Virus record (IMG/VR): IMGVR_UViG_3300036770_005890
From: a virus
Length of the DNA: 64,000 nucleotides
Direction: 5' to 3' (one strand)
Shown here in pieces: positions 26,735 through 35,588 of the stretch (the stretch's first letter is position 1; every line of letters starts with the position of its first letter). The notes under the pieces were generated by a model. The model made no database searches, had not been told where the DNA came from, and saw nothing but the letters and a program-made list of their open reading frames with translations. The translations under genes were made by a program, and so were the position numbers.

Positions 26735-28152
26735 TGCCAAAGCGGCTTGGATCACGCATGGATCAGGGCTTCGGCTTGAGCCCTGTGTCCAAGCCCATGA
26801 GACAAAAGGCGAGCGGTGTCTACCCGTCGAAAGGGCAGGGACTCGGCGAATACGGCTCGGTGACGTTCCCCTCGGTGATCGAGGCGTACAACCGCGAATC
26901 AGATTACCGGCGCTGGAAGCTAGGCCAGGAATACTATTTCGGAAATGGCCGAAGCTGGGCTGACTACCAGATCCACAGCCTTGCGCGCTTTGTCACTGGC
27001 GCTGTTGATGGCACGTCGAAAGACATCGTCACCGTCTTTCCGAGCGGCAGCAGTCCTGAGCGGGCCTGGTATGTCGGGATGCGGACGCGCGGGAGCATCA
27101 TTCTGCCGCAACCGCTGAGTGCTGCAGCAATCAGCGTGAATACGTCTGACCCGGACCCAGCCAATCACACGCTGACCTACGACGTCTCAGGCGTGCTCAC
27201 ACCAGCCCAGGTTGGGATCTTTTCGGTGTTCCTTGGAGACCAATTTGAGGACACAGCCTCTGGCACGAACTACCCAGATGACCTGATCAGTCGGCCAGTC
27301 GGCAGCATCGCGCTGACATTGATTGCGGCCAACCCGGGATCGATGACCCTGATTTTCGACCTATCGAAACCACAAGGGCGTATCGAAAGGAATGGCCGGA
27401 TCTACTGGAAAGCGCTCGACTATGACCCAAGTGCGCCACTGACCTGGAACACTGCCAGCGGCCGGCACTTGTGCTCCTCCTTCAAGATGTTTTGCTGCTG
27501 CCCGGATCACCTGGGTGGAGCGCTCGCAAACCTTGAATACCCCGAGGACGATCGCGCTGGGATGGCCATGCGTGAATTCCCGATGCCGAATGCGAACAGG
27601 ACCGTTCGAGCGCCATGGGAAAGGCAAGGGGCGGGCTACTACCGGCAGTGGCGGACATTGCCATTCCGTATCGACCAGCGGCGCGAGTGCAAGCACATGC
27701 ACGCCTTGCGCTGGCAATGCGGTATCCCGTGGTATGAGCCAAGTGATTATCCGACGCAGGAAGAGCGAGACATTCTTGAGGTGGCAGGCGCATCGGAGGG
27801 GCGTTATAGCCAGCGAGTTTTCAATCAGTACTTCGCATTGCGCCAAGTGAATTACGACCGCTACGCCATGTCGTTGGCTGAGGTGGTTGGGCTCGAGCTC
27901 TTCCCAGGCTCGGACGTGCGGGACGCCATTCGCCCAGATCCCCGACCGCTGCTTTGGAACGACGGCGAAGAACCGCTTGCGATTTGGTGCCGGCAGAACG
28001 ACTGGTGGCTGGAGCGAGGTTCTCAGCAGATCCGGATCTTCAATGCAGGAAGCGGGCAATTCGAGTCGACGGTGACCGTTGGCTCGATGACGTATCCATT
28101 CATTGAGCGTGTCGAAGCTGGTTCTACTGGCGCGCCTGTAATTGTTCCCTGA
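26734..28152 (+). CDS. hypothetical tail protein, 472 aa
   Basis: Long ORF whose ATG overlaps the upstream TAA (TAATG). Confidence 0.55.
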   Translation: MPKRLGSRMDQGFGLSPVSKPMRQKASGVYPSKGQGLGEYGSVTFPSVIEAYNRESDYRRWKLGQEYYFGNGRSWADYQIHSLARFVTGAVDGTSKDIVTVFPSGSSPERAWYVGMRTRGSIILPQPLSAAAISVNTSDPDPANHTLTYDVSGVLTPAQVGIFSVFLGDQFEDTASGTNYPDDLISRPVGSIALTLIAANPGSMTLIFDLSKPQGRIERNGRIYWKALDYDPSAPLTWNTASGRHLCSSFKMFCCCPDHLGGALANLEYPEDDRAGMAMREFPMPNANRTVRAPWERQGAGYYRQWRTLPFRIDQRRECKHMHALRWQCGIPWYEPSDYPTQEERDILEVAGASEGRYSQRVFNQYFALRQVNYDRYAMSLAEVVGLELFPGSDVRDAIRPDPRPLLWNDGEEPLAIWCRQNDWWLERGSQQIRIFNAGSGQFESTVTVGSMTYPFIERVEAGSTGAPVIVP

Positions 28153-28161
28153 GCGAGAACT

Positions 28162-28167
28162 TAGAAT
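28162..28167 (+). promoter_or_regulatory. -10-like hexamer TAGAAT, 23 nt before GTG 28191
   Basis: Context CTTAGAATCGAGC. Confidence 0.4.
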
Positions 28168-28190
28168 CGAGCTGGGGCAAGAGCATTACC

Positions 28191-28754
28191 GTGACTACAG
28201 AGCCTCTGAATCCATCGGTATTGCCGCTCTATCAGGAACGGTACGCCGAGAATACATCAGGCATTATCGCCGCCATCACGGCATGCATTGCCGCTGCAGG
28301 AGGAACTGTTGTGTCATATCCCAGCAATACAGCTGGTGTTATTCAGGCGTTGATTGATCTGCGCTCCGCGATCTCAGGCGCCGGCCCAGCCTCTGATGTG
28401 TCGACTCTGTTGCCTGTTACCGCAGGCGAGGCGTTGGCCGTTGGAGATGCTGTATACATGGCTGCCGATGGCAAGGTCTACAAGGCCCGCAACACAGGGA
28501 CCCGGAACGAGGCCAATGTCCTTGGTCTGGCGAGGGATTCCGCAGCAGCAGACACGTCTGTCGTCGTTGTCGTGCGCGGCAAGATTGCAGGTCTCGCAGG
28601 ACTAACCGCAGGCAGCGAGTATTTCCTGGGCCTCAACGGCACCTACAGCCTCACACCACCAGTAGGCGGAGGCATCTACTTGTCGATGGTGGGGCAGGCG
28701 ATATCCACGACACAGCTTGATGTCCAACCCCAGACTCCATTGCTGCTGAGCTGA
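28191..28754 (+). CDS. hypothetical tail-associated protein
   Basis: 187 aa. GTG start 23 nt after TAGAAT. Confidence 0.5.
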   Translation: MTTEPLNPSVLPLYQERYAENTSGIIAAITACIAAAGGTVVSYPSNTAGVIQALIDLRSAISGAGPASDVSTLLPVTAGEALAVGDAVYMAADGKVYKARNTGTRNEANVLGLARDSAAADTSVVVVVRGKIAGLAGLTAGSEYFLGLNGTYSLTPPVGGGIYLSMVGQAISTTQLDVQPQTPLLLS

Positions 28755-29251
28755 TGCAACGGTATCCACTGGTACTGGTCGGTGGCTTCCCGCAAGAGCT
28801 GCCAGATAGCGACCGGATTGTTCATTCGGCCAATGTCATCCGGTCGGCCACCCCACCCTCGACGCCGGTTGAGGGGGACCTCTGGTTCAATACCGGAAAC
28901 AATACGATCCGCATTTTCGATGGCACGACGTGGATCAATATCATCTCGGGAAACACGGGTGCCACCGTCGACGTCGGGACCACTGAGCCAAGCCCGGCGA
29001 ATAACGGATTGCTCTGGTATGACACCGCCAATGGGTTACTGAAGGTATACCTCAGCAGTACTTCGGCCTGGTATCCGGTTCAGACTCAGCTGTGGGTCCA
29101 ATCCAGTGAGCCGACGACTGGAGTGGAGCAAGGTGACATCTGGTACAACAGCTTGAGTGGCAGCTTTAGCATGTACCTAGGAGGGGTCATTAACGCATGG
29201 CAGCCTCTTGGTTCTCAGATCTCGATCGCTGACATCCTGGCATTCGGATAA
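28754..29251 (+). CDS. hypothetical tail fibre-associated protein
   Basis: 165 aa, TGATG coupling, repeated W-x-N/D-T motifs (LWFNTGNNT, LLWYDTANG, IWYNSLSG). Confidence 0.5.
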   Translation: MQRYPLVLVGGFPQELPDSDRIVHSANVIRSATPPSTPVEGDLWFNTGNNTIRIFDGTTWINIISGNTGATVDVGTTEPSPANNGLLWYDTANGLLKVYLSSTSAWYPVQTQLWVQSSEPTTGVEQGDIWYNSLSGSFSMYLGGVINAWQPLGSQISIADILAFG

Positions 29252-29598
29252 TGGCAACATTCACCAGGGGAGCATCGGCAGCCGTCGGGAGTCCGCCGAG
29301 CGCTCCGGCTCCCGTGAGCGTCTATACGACTCCTGCAGCAAAGAAATCCGTGATCACCGGATTGACGGTGACCAACGTCACGGCATTTGATCTGCCGGTC
29401 AGCGTGTGGATCGATTCGGGCGGAACCTTGTACTACATCGGCAAGGATCTGCGGGTGGGCTCAGGTGAGTCCCAGCGGCTGACGGGCTCGGAAAAGATGG
29501 TCCTGCTGGCCGGTGACATCGTGAAAGCCGATGCCCCGCAGACCGCGCCTGGTGTTGGCAGCTTCAATGTCGTGGTCTCTGTTTACGAGGATGTCTGA
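29251..29598 (+). CDS. small beta-rich structural protein (family with 24450 and 30956)
   Basis: 115 aa, TAATG coupling. Confidence 0.5.
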   Translation: MATFTRGASAAVGSPPSAPAPVSVYTTPAAKKSVITGLTVTNVTAFDLPVSVWIDSGGTLYYIGKDLRVGSGESQRLTGSEKMVLLAGDIVKADAPQTAPGVGSFNVVVSVYEDV

Positions 29599-29867
29599 TG
29601 AGCTCGATTCAACTGGTCAAAGAGGTCATCGCACCAGCGGTTGTTGAGTTTCCGGAGCCCGCCGGCAAGATTGCCTATGGCTTCAAATACGATCCCGCGA
29701 CGGGCTCCTTTCAGGTCGTGCGCCACGACGATGGGAGCTTTGTCAAGCTAAAGGACGACTCTATAATCAGAGATGACGACTACGCTCAGGTGGTGTGGTC
29801 TGACAAGCTTCTGGGCTTCAGCTGGACAACTTCCTATCCTGGACATCTGCAGGTTGAGATCGTATGA
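29598..29867 (+). CDS. hypothetical protein
   Basis: 89 aa, TGATG coupling. Confidence 0.45.
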   Translation: MSSIQLVKEVIAPAVVEFPEPAGKIAYGFKYDPATGSFQVVRHDDGSFVKLKDDSIIRDDDYAQVVWSDKLLGFSWTTSYPGHLQVEIV

Positions 29868-30736
29868 GCACCGTTATTGATCTCGGTAAGCTGCGGTTCC
29901 ATTATCGGGGAAGCTACAACTCAGCGAACCAGTACGAATTTAATGATGTCGTCGTCTTCGGCGGCAACGCTTACTGCTATATCAGCTCGATCGCCACGAT
30001 CGGCCAGAGCCCCAGTAACACGACCTACTGGGCGCAAATGGTCTCGGGCCTCAGCGCTCGCGGTACTTACAACGGGGCAACTGCCTACCAGGTGAACGAC
30101 CTGGTGGTGAGTGGCGCCAACACCTACCGGTGCATTGCCGCATCGACTGGGAACCAGCCTCCCAATGCGACCTACTGGGAGGTTTTTGTTCAGGGCCTAG
30201 CCAGTCAGGGCGCCTATAACGCGGCGACCGCTTACGGAGTCAACGACGTCGTTGTCCACGGCGGTTCGGTGTATCGCTGCATCGCCAACAGCACTGGCAA
30301 CGAACCCCCGAACGCAACGTACTGGGAGCAGCTTGTTGGCGGATACAAGCATCGTGGAACCTGGGCCACTGCGACCGACTACAAAGTCAACGATGCCGTG
30401 ATTCACCTGGGGCAGTCCTACCGGGCGCTCGCGAATCACACGTCGGGTACGTTCTATACGGATTTCACCAGTAGCAGCCGCTGGCAGCGGTTTGCATCCG
30501 GCCAGCAATCCCGTGGCGTCTATACCAATGGAACGGCCTACTTCCAGGGAGACCTGGTGTCTGTTGGAACGGCCCCGAACCTGGACTACTACCTTTGCCT
30601 GACAGATCACATTGCCAACGGTGTCAATATCACCGACGGAACAGAGATTGCCAACTGGCAGCTTCTGATCTCTGGCACCTATACGGCAACGGCGTCGTTC
30701 CTGCAGTACGCCTACTTCGTCGCAGCGTCTGCGTGA
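29864..30736 (+). CDS. tail fibre / receptor-binding candidate with five carbohydrate-binding-like repeats
   Basis: Five repeats of Y-x-x-N-D-x-V-x-x-G-x-x-Y-R-C-I-A-x-S-T-G-N-x-P-P-N-A-T-Y-W, resembling the CBM5/12 pattern. Confidence 0.6.
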   Translation: MSTVIDLGKLRFHYRGSYNSANQYEFNDVVVFGGNAYCYISSIATIGQSPSNTTYWAQMVSGLSARGTYNGATAYQVNDLVVSGANTYRCIAASTGNQPPNATYWEVFVQGLASQGAYNAATAYGVNDVVVHGGSVYRCIANSTGNEPPNATYWEQLVGGYKHRGTWATATDYKVNDAVIHLGQSYRALANHTSGTFYTDFTSSSRWQRFASGQQSRGVYTNGTAYFQGDLVSVGTAPNLDYYLCLTDHIANGVNITDGTEIANWQLLISGTYTATASFLQYAYFVAASA

Positions 30737-30900
30737 TGCAGGCCAAAAAGCGCGCCGTTCAGCAACAGCAGCAGCGTCTCGCCTCCAACCGAGGCGCTCG
30801 CCAGGCTTCCGTGCAGGCGGTGAAGCCGCTACAGCGCGTCGTCGATCGAACAAAGGCGCTGCGAGCCATGGTGGCTCGCTTGAGTGAACCAGGCGAATAG
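30736..30900 (+). CDS. 54-aa basic Gln-rich peptide (below track cutoff)
   Basis: MQAKKRAVQQQQQRLASNRG... Its ATG overlaps the upstream TGA (TGATG at 30734..30738). Confidence 0.35.
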   Translation: MQAKKRAVQQQQQRLASNRGARQASVQAVKPLQRVVDRTKALRAMVARLSEPGE

Positions 30901-30904
30901 TCTC

Positions 30905-30910
30905 TATACT
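30905..30910 (+). promoter_or_regulatory. -10-like hexamer TATACT (TCTATACTTGAGAGACC), 45 nt before ATG 30956
   Basis: Shares its extended motif with 49608 and 35589. Confidence 0.3.
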
Positions 30911-30955
30911 TGAGAGACCAGGCATTCACTTTGCCGCAAGCATTGCGATCGGATC

Positions 30956-31291
30956 ATGGCTTCGGGTATCAAAGGATCAGCTAAGCCCTCCGGCGGTACG
31001 CCTACCTACGCTTCGACCCCTCTGGTCACGGCGAGCACGACCACGACGCTGATACTCTCGGCTTGCAATCAAAACAGCTCGGCTGACACCATCAAGATTG
31101 CTGTTGTGCCTGCAGCTGTGACAGCAACCACGGGCGCGATTGCCACTCAGTACTACATCGAGTTTGATTTCTCGGTGACAGCCAATAGTGCCCTAGAGCG
31201 CACTGGTATCACCTTGGAGAGTGGCGCGCGCATTTTTGTTGGCAGCAGCGCCGGCAATGTTTCATTCGTTGCCTACGGCCTCGAATCCTGA
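30956..31291 (+). CDS. small beta-rich structural protein (family with 24450 and 29251)
   Basis: 111 aa. TATACT lies 45 nt upstream. Confidence 0.5.
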   Translation: MASGIKGSAKPSGGTPTYASTPLVTASTTTTLILSACNQNSSADTIKIAVVPAAVTATTGAIATQYYIEFDFSVTANSALERTGITLESGARIFVGSSAGNVSFVAYGLES

Positions 31292-31321
31292 TCGCGTTAA
31301 GGAGCGCTAGGGGGGTAAGCG

Positions 31322-32548
31322 ATGAGCAGAAAGATCTTTGTTCAGTCAGGTGGCGGCGGTGGCGGCGGGTCCATCGCCGGAATTATCACTTCGCTTCCGC
31401 TGATCTCCTCCGCGTCGTGGGCCGGTACATATAGCCTGGCTCTGGACTCCTCTGGGGGCTGTCAACTCAGCGCTAACCAGTTTGGTTACGTTGAATTTGG
31501 CTATAACACCGGAAGTAATATCATTGCTCTGCAGGCTCGACCCATTCAGGTCAGCAACAGTGGTGTTATCACCCTGGGGTCGAATTCTACGGTTACCAAT
31601 AGTTCTGGTAGCTCGATATCGACTACCCAGTTCGTCTCAGAGCCTGCTCCTGGTCGATTCGCTGTCATCGGGCGCCACTACTGGAGTGGGACCACCTATA
31701 GCATCATGAGCTGGGGTGCGACATTCGCCAGCAATAATACGGTCACCACGGGGCGGAATCAGGGATCCGATTACAGCACGGGAGTTTCATACGCGCATCC
31801 CAATAGCGGCAACCTTGTTGGCGTGGGTAACGGAAGTAATTTATATCTACCTGGCTATACCACGAATAGCTATGGCACGTGGAACCGCTATAGCTACAAC
31901 GGCTCCAGTCACTACGATTACGCGGCCGGGACTACTGTCAATTCTTACTCCAGTACCTACTACGGCTTCCCCGCCTTGCAACATTGGTCGGACACGCAGG
32001 AGCGATGCGGCATTCTTTCTGACCATCGAGACTCCTCGAGCGGTTTTTACATGATCGAGGCGTTCAGCTCCAGCACGCCAACGAATCTAGGCTACAGTAA
32101 CACGCTTCTCGGAGATTCGAATTACTCGACCGTCACAGGCTACCGCCTTGTAGGCGGTAAGGCCGTTTATGTCAATGGGAACGGCAGATACCTGGTGACT
32201 GGCGGCAACGGGACGGTGCTAGCCCAAGCGAAGGCCCTGAGTCGCCCTACGTTCGCAAGTAGCTCAACCTACCTTGGCAACCAAACGACCGCACTTGGCA
32301 ACGACTTCTTCGCACAGCCTACAAGCAGTGGCAACTGGGTCATCTTCAAGGTCGCGGTAGATGGATCCAATAACGCCACACTCACGCCAAAGGCGACATT
32401 GCTTAGCTCGTCGGGGCTAACCCCAAGTGCCTCGGTGAGCTATCAATGCTGGCGCCTGGGCGGCGACCAGAAGCAGTTCTTGGTGCTCATGGGTCCCGGC
32501 ATGGTCAACGTGTATGACGCAACGGCCTTGACCGCCCTGATGGTGTAG
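31322..32548 (+). CDS. receptor-binding / tail fibre candidate, paralog A
   Basis: 408 aa, collinear with 32959..34164 (PALQHWSDTQ.RCG, SSGFY, TNLGY, QKQ(F/Y)LV...YDA(T/S)ALTALM). Confidence 0.55.
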   Translation: MSRKIFVQSGGGGGGGSIAGIITSLPLISSASWAGTYSLALDSSGGCQLSANQFGYVEFGYNTGSNIIALQARPIQVSNSGVITLGSNSTVTNSSGSSISTTQFVSEPAPGRFAVIGRHYWSGTTYSIMSWGATFASNNTVTTGRNQGSDYSTGVSYAHPNSGNLVGVGNGSNLYLPGYTTNSYGTWNRYSYNGSSHYDYAAGTTVNSYSSTYYGFPALQHWSDTQERCGILSDHRDSSSGFYMIEAFSSSTPTNLGYSNTLLGDSNYSTVTGYRLVGGKAVYVNGNGRYLVTGGNGTVLAQAKALSRPTFASSSTYLGNQTTALGNDFFAQPTSSGNWVIFKVAVDGSNNATLTPKATLLSSSGLTPSASVSYQCWRLGGDQKQFLVLMGPGMVNVYDATALTALMV

Positions 32549-32582
32549 GCCCCCCTGCCACTGCAGGAAGAATCATCTCCAT

Positions 32583-32588
32583 TAGGAT
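32583..32588 (+). promoter_or_regulatory. -10-like hexamer TAGGAT, 23 nt before ATG 32612
   Basis: Fixed-distance set. Confidence 0.4.
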
Positions 32589-32611
32589 GATACGAAAGGT
32601 TTCGGTTTGCA

Positions 32612-32932
32612 ATGGCCTTCACCAGCATGGATGATCTGCGTGCTGCGCGGAATGCGGCACTGGCGGCATCTGACTTTTTACTGCTGGATGATGCGCCGTA
32701 TCCCAAGGAAAATCGTCAGATTGCCTTGACTTACCGAGAAGAGCTCAGAGCGCTGCCTGAGCGCGCGATTGAGATTGGCCTTGAAAACGTCGAGATCCCA
32801 GACTATTCGGTCTTCTTTCGCAATCCCCCAAGAGCCACGGTTGATGAAGGGGTAGCAGCTGATTCGGCTGATCAAGGTGACGAACCGGTCACTGAACCTG
32901 TCGGCTCCCCCGAGCCAGCGACTGAGCTCTAA
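32612..32932 (+). CDS. hypothetical acidic protein
   Basis: 106 aa. ATG 23 nt after TAGGAT. Confidence 0.4.
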   Translation: MAFTSMDDLRAARNAALAASDFLLLDDAPYPKENRQIALTYREELRALPERAIEIGLENVEIPDYSVFFRNPPRATVDEGVAADSADQGDEPVTEPVGSPEPATEL

Positions 32933-32958
32933 GAAGTGATTACGCGAGGCTTTCAGTA

Positions 32959-34164
32959 ATGGCGCGCAAGATTCTTACGGCAGTTACCGGCGGCGGCGGA
33001 AGTAGCGCAGGCGGATTGTCGTTCGCACTGCCGCTCATTTCGACAACGACCTTAACTCCTGATACCTGGATCGATAGTCTGCGATTTAGTCGCGTCAGCC
33101 AGTTGAATGCGAATCAATTCTTACTAGGGTACGGCGGAAGGGACAACCCAGGCAACCGTTGCGGCTGGACTGCTCAGCCGTTTCAGGTCAGCGAAGCCGG
33201 TGTTGTTACCCTTGGCACGGGATCAAGCATAAACAATACTTCAGGGACAGGCTGGTCGACGACAACCTATGGAGAACCCGCCCCAGGCCGCTTGGCAGTT
33301 GTAGGGCGAATTCATCAGGATAGCGTCTATGGCGTTCAGTCATGGGGTGCGACTGTCACCACCAGCAATACGGTGTCCGCAGGACGCGAAGTGGGGGCAG
33401 ACGTCCCTACACGCAAGCATCCAAGCAGCAGTGTGAATATCGGGGCTAATAACAACCTAATCGTGCCGACGTATGACAGCAGCGGCTATGGGTGGGTTAG
33501 CACTTATTCCTATAATGGCACTTCGCATTATACATTTTCCAGCGACCTGCAACTCAACACCTACAGCTCAACAGGCGGTGCTTACCCGGCACTTCAGCAT
33601 TGGTCGGATACGCAAGGTCGGTGCGGCGTTGGCTATGACCACAGATCGGCCAGCAGCGGTTTTTATTTCAAGGAGTATTACTCGAATACGGCCACAAATC
33701 TAGGGTATAACTCGTCTATCTTCGGCGGGGGCACAAATGTGTATAGCGATCTTGTCGGCTTCCGCCTGACCGGCAAGGCCTTATACATGAGCCAAAGCAC
33801 TGGGAGATATATCGTCACAGACGGCGCGGGCAGTTTATTGGCTAGTAATACCAATCCGAGGATGGCCTATCCAATCAGGTCGTCGCAGAGCGATTTCTTT
33901 TCGGCAACCGTTCCGCTGGGGGATGGTTATTTCGCTGGTACGAGCAGTAATCAGTACTGGACAATCTTCAAAGCAGAGCTCAATGCAAGCAACCAACCCA
34001 CGTTTACAGGCAAGGCTGCTTTATGGGCGGAAGGTATCAATGGTCCGTCACTAAACGGTACTGCCTGGCGCCTGGCCGGGAGCCAGAAGCAGTACCTGGT
34101 CGTAGCTCACCCCACGGAGATTGATATCTACGACGCCAGCGCATTGACTGCTCTGATGACCTGA
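32959..34164 (+). CDS. receptor-binding / tail fibre candidate, paralog B
   Basis: 401 aa, collinear with 31322..32548. Confidence 0.55.
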   Translation: MARKILTAVTGGGGSSAGGLSFALPLISTTTLTPDTWIDSLRFSRVSQLNANQFLLGYGGRDNPGNRCGWTAQPFQVSEAGVVTLGTGSSINNTSGTGWSTTTYGEPAPGRLAVVGRIHQDSVYGVQSWGATVTTSNTVSAGREVGADVPTRKHPSSSVNIGANNNLIVPTYDSSGYGWVSTYSYNGTSHYTFSSDLQLNTYSSTGGAYPALQHWSDTQGRCGVGYDHRSASSGFYFKEYYSNTATNLGYNSSIFGGGTNVYSDLVGFRLTGKALYMSQSTGRYIVTDGAGSLLASNTNPRMAYPIRSSQSDFFSATVPLGDGYFAGTSSNQYWTIFKAELNASNQPTFTGKAALWAEGINGPSLNGTAWRLAGSQKQYLVVAHPTEIDIYDASALTALMT

Positions 34165-34173
34165 TCAATAGAA

Positions 34174-34521
34174 ATGGGCCGCAAAGTTCTCGCACCTCCA
34201 GCCAGTCAGCCGGCTTTCTACAGTCAGCCACCCGTTGCTATAGCGGCATCTGATGTTGACTGTTCACTTGGCAACTATTTCACCAAGACAGTCAACGGCG
34301 CTACGACATTCAGTTTCAGTAACGCGCCAGCAGCAAAGGCCTACAGCTTCACGCTGGAGATCACACATACCAGTGGCACGATCACTTGGCCGGCCTCGGT
34401 GAAGTGGCCTGCTGATACGGCGCCAACATTGAACACCGGCAAGACGCACGTCCTGGTGTTTGTGACCGACGATGGCGGTAGCCGCTGGCGAGGCGGCTCT
34501 TTGGTGAATTACGTAACCTAA
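34174..34521 (+). CDS. hypothetical protein
   Basis: 115-aa ORF, last gene of the plus-strand tail block. Confidence 0.45.
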   Translation: MGRKVLAPPASQPAFYSQPPVAIAASDVDCSLGNYFTKTVNGATTFSFSNAPAAKAYSFTLEITHTSGTITWPASVKWPADTAPTLNTGKTHVLVFVTDDGGSRWRGGSLVNYVT

Positions 34522-34533
34522 AACGACGGGAGG

Positions 34534-35133
34534 CTAAACAGGTAGCACGTAGCTGCCGGCATAGGCAGATGGCGTGCTTCTCAGCGTCCCGGTCAGCGCA
34601 CCTGTCCAGTAGGACAGTGCAGGATAAATCGTGCCACCAATGAAGCCTGTATTGGTGAACACTGGGCCGAGGGCTCCGTTCTTGTAAAACGCAAGCTTGC
34701 CTGTTGCTTCATTCCAGACGCACCCGCAGATGTCACCGCTGGTGAATGTAAACGCCGATCCGCTCTGCGATGTGCCGGTGCCTTCGCCGTAGGAGAAGCT
34801 GTTGCCGAGATACATCATGGCCCGCTCCCCCGTGTTGCCGCCGTAGCTCAGGCCGCCATTCCAGTGCGTGGCGTTGAGGATTCCGACAAAACCAGTGCTA
34901 TTGCTCCAGCTGTTGTCGACATTCCATTCAAAGTATTTAGATCCAGTAAAGCCCCCCCAGCGCACGCCTGCCTGGGATTGACTGCTGCCGGTCCCTCCCT
35001 GGTAGCTGCCTGTGCCGAATGCACCTGAACCCTGGACCGCATCGACCGTGGCGACGTGCTGTGTCAAGGTTACTGGAGGCGGCCCGGGCAAAGTACCGGC
35101 TGTCGCCATCAGCATTTGCGAAAGTGGATCCAT
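34534..35133 (-). CDS. SPRY-domain protein
   Basis: KYFEWNVDN...GFVGILNA, GDICGCVWNEATGKLAFYKNGALGPVF and TIYPALSYW fit the SPRY/B30.2 pattern. Confidence 0.6.
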   Translation of the reverse strand: MDPLSQMLMATAGTLPGPPPVTLTQHVATVDAVQGSGAFGTGSYQGGTGSSQSQAGVRWGGFTGSKYFEWNVDNSWSNSTGFVGILNATHWNGGLSYGGNTGERAMMYLGNSFSYGEGTGTSQSGSAFTFTSGDICGCVWNEATGKLAFYKNGALGPVFTNTGFIGGTIYPALSYWTGALTGTLRSTPSAYAGSYVLPV

Positions 35134-35172
35134 AGCAGCTGCAAGTGAGTCGTTGCTGTCGGTATTGCGAGA

Positions 35173-35433
35173 TCAGTCGTTGAGCCAGGGAGCGCGCAGC
35201 CGTTGCTCGCCGCCAAGCAGTTGACTCGCCCCTGTCTGCAGTTCCGGGTCAGGAGGTGATTGGCTGTAGAGCGGCTGATCCGCCTCTGGCTGGCTCTGGT
35301 GCCAGTCCTCGATCGCCACATCCAGGCGCGGCTTGAGGGTCGCCTCGAACTTGCGATCCTGCGCTGCCTTCTGGAGGTGATACCTCCAGCCCTTATCGCC
35401 GAAACGTAGGAGCCACGTCGTTTCGGGCTTCAG
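35173..35433 (-). CDS. cryptic ORF without a canonical start (candidate -1 frameshift extension or CTG-initiated protein)
   Basis: Hand translation: LKPETTWLLRFGDKGWRYHLQKAAQDRKFEATLKPRLDVAIEDWHQSQPEADQPLYSQSPPDPELQTGASQLLGGEQRLRAPWLND. No ATG/GTG/TTG gives more than 48 aa. Confidence 0.3.
   Translation of the reverse strand: MKPETTWLLRFGDKGWRYHLQKAAQDRKFEATLKPRLDVAIEDWHQSQPEADQPLYSQSPPDPELQTGASQLLGGEQRLRAPWLND
35399..35426 (-). promoter_or_regulatory. stem-loop 9 nt downstream of the heptamer
   Basis: CCGAAACG (12-nt loop) CGTTTCGG. A second perfect 8-bp hairpin lies at 35371..35389. Confidence 0.3.
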
Positions 35434-35567
35434 CGCTTTGGGAACAGCGACTGCAGTCCCCGCAGCAGCAGTTGAATCCAGCTATTGCTGCGAATCGGCA
35501 GCAGAGCAATGATCTCACTGCCGGCAGCAATGATGATCGCAATAATTGCAGCAGTGGTGGGATCCAT
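35430..35567 (-). CDS. 45-aa single-pass membrane peptide (below track cutoff)
   Basis: MDPTTAAIIAIIIAAGSEIIALLPIRSNSWIQLLLRGLQSLFPKR. TACACT lies 21 nt upstream of the ATG. Confidence 0.4.
   Translation of the reverse strand: MDPTTAAIIAIIIAAGSEIIALLPIRSNSWIQLLLRGLQSLFPKR
35436..35442 (-). promoter_or_regulatory. candidate -1 frameshift heptamer C CCA AAG
   Basis: Fits X XXY YYZ in the zero frame of the 45-aa ORF, two codons before its TGA. Confidence 0.3.
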
Positions 35568-35588
35568 AAAGCAGGCGATGCTCTCTTC

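Noticed and set aside
31322-34164. Diversity-generating retroelement targeting the paralogous fibre genes
   Set aside because: No reverse transcriptase is present, and there is no near-identical template/variable repeat pair. The paralogs are diverged along their whole length.
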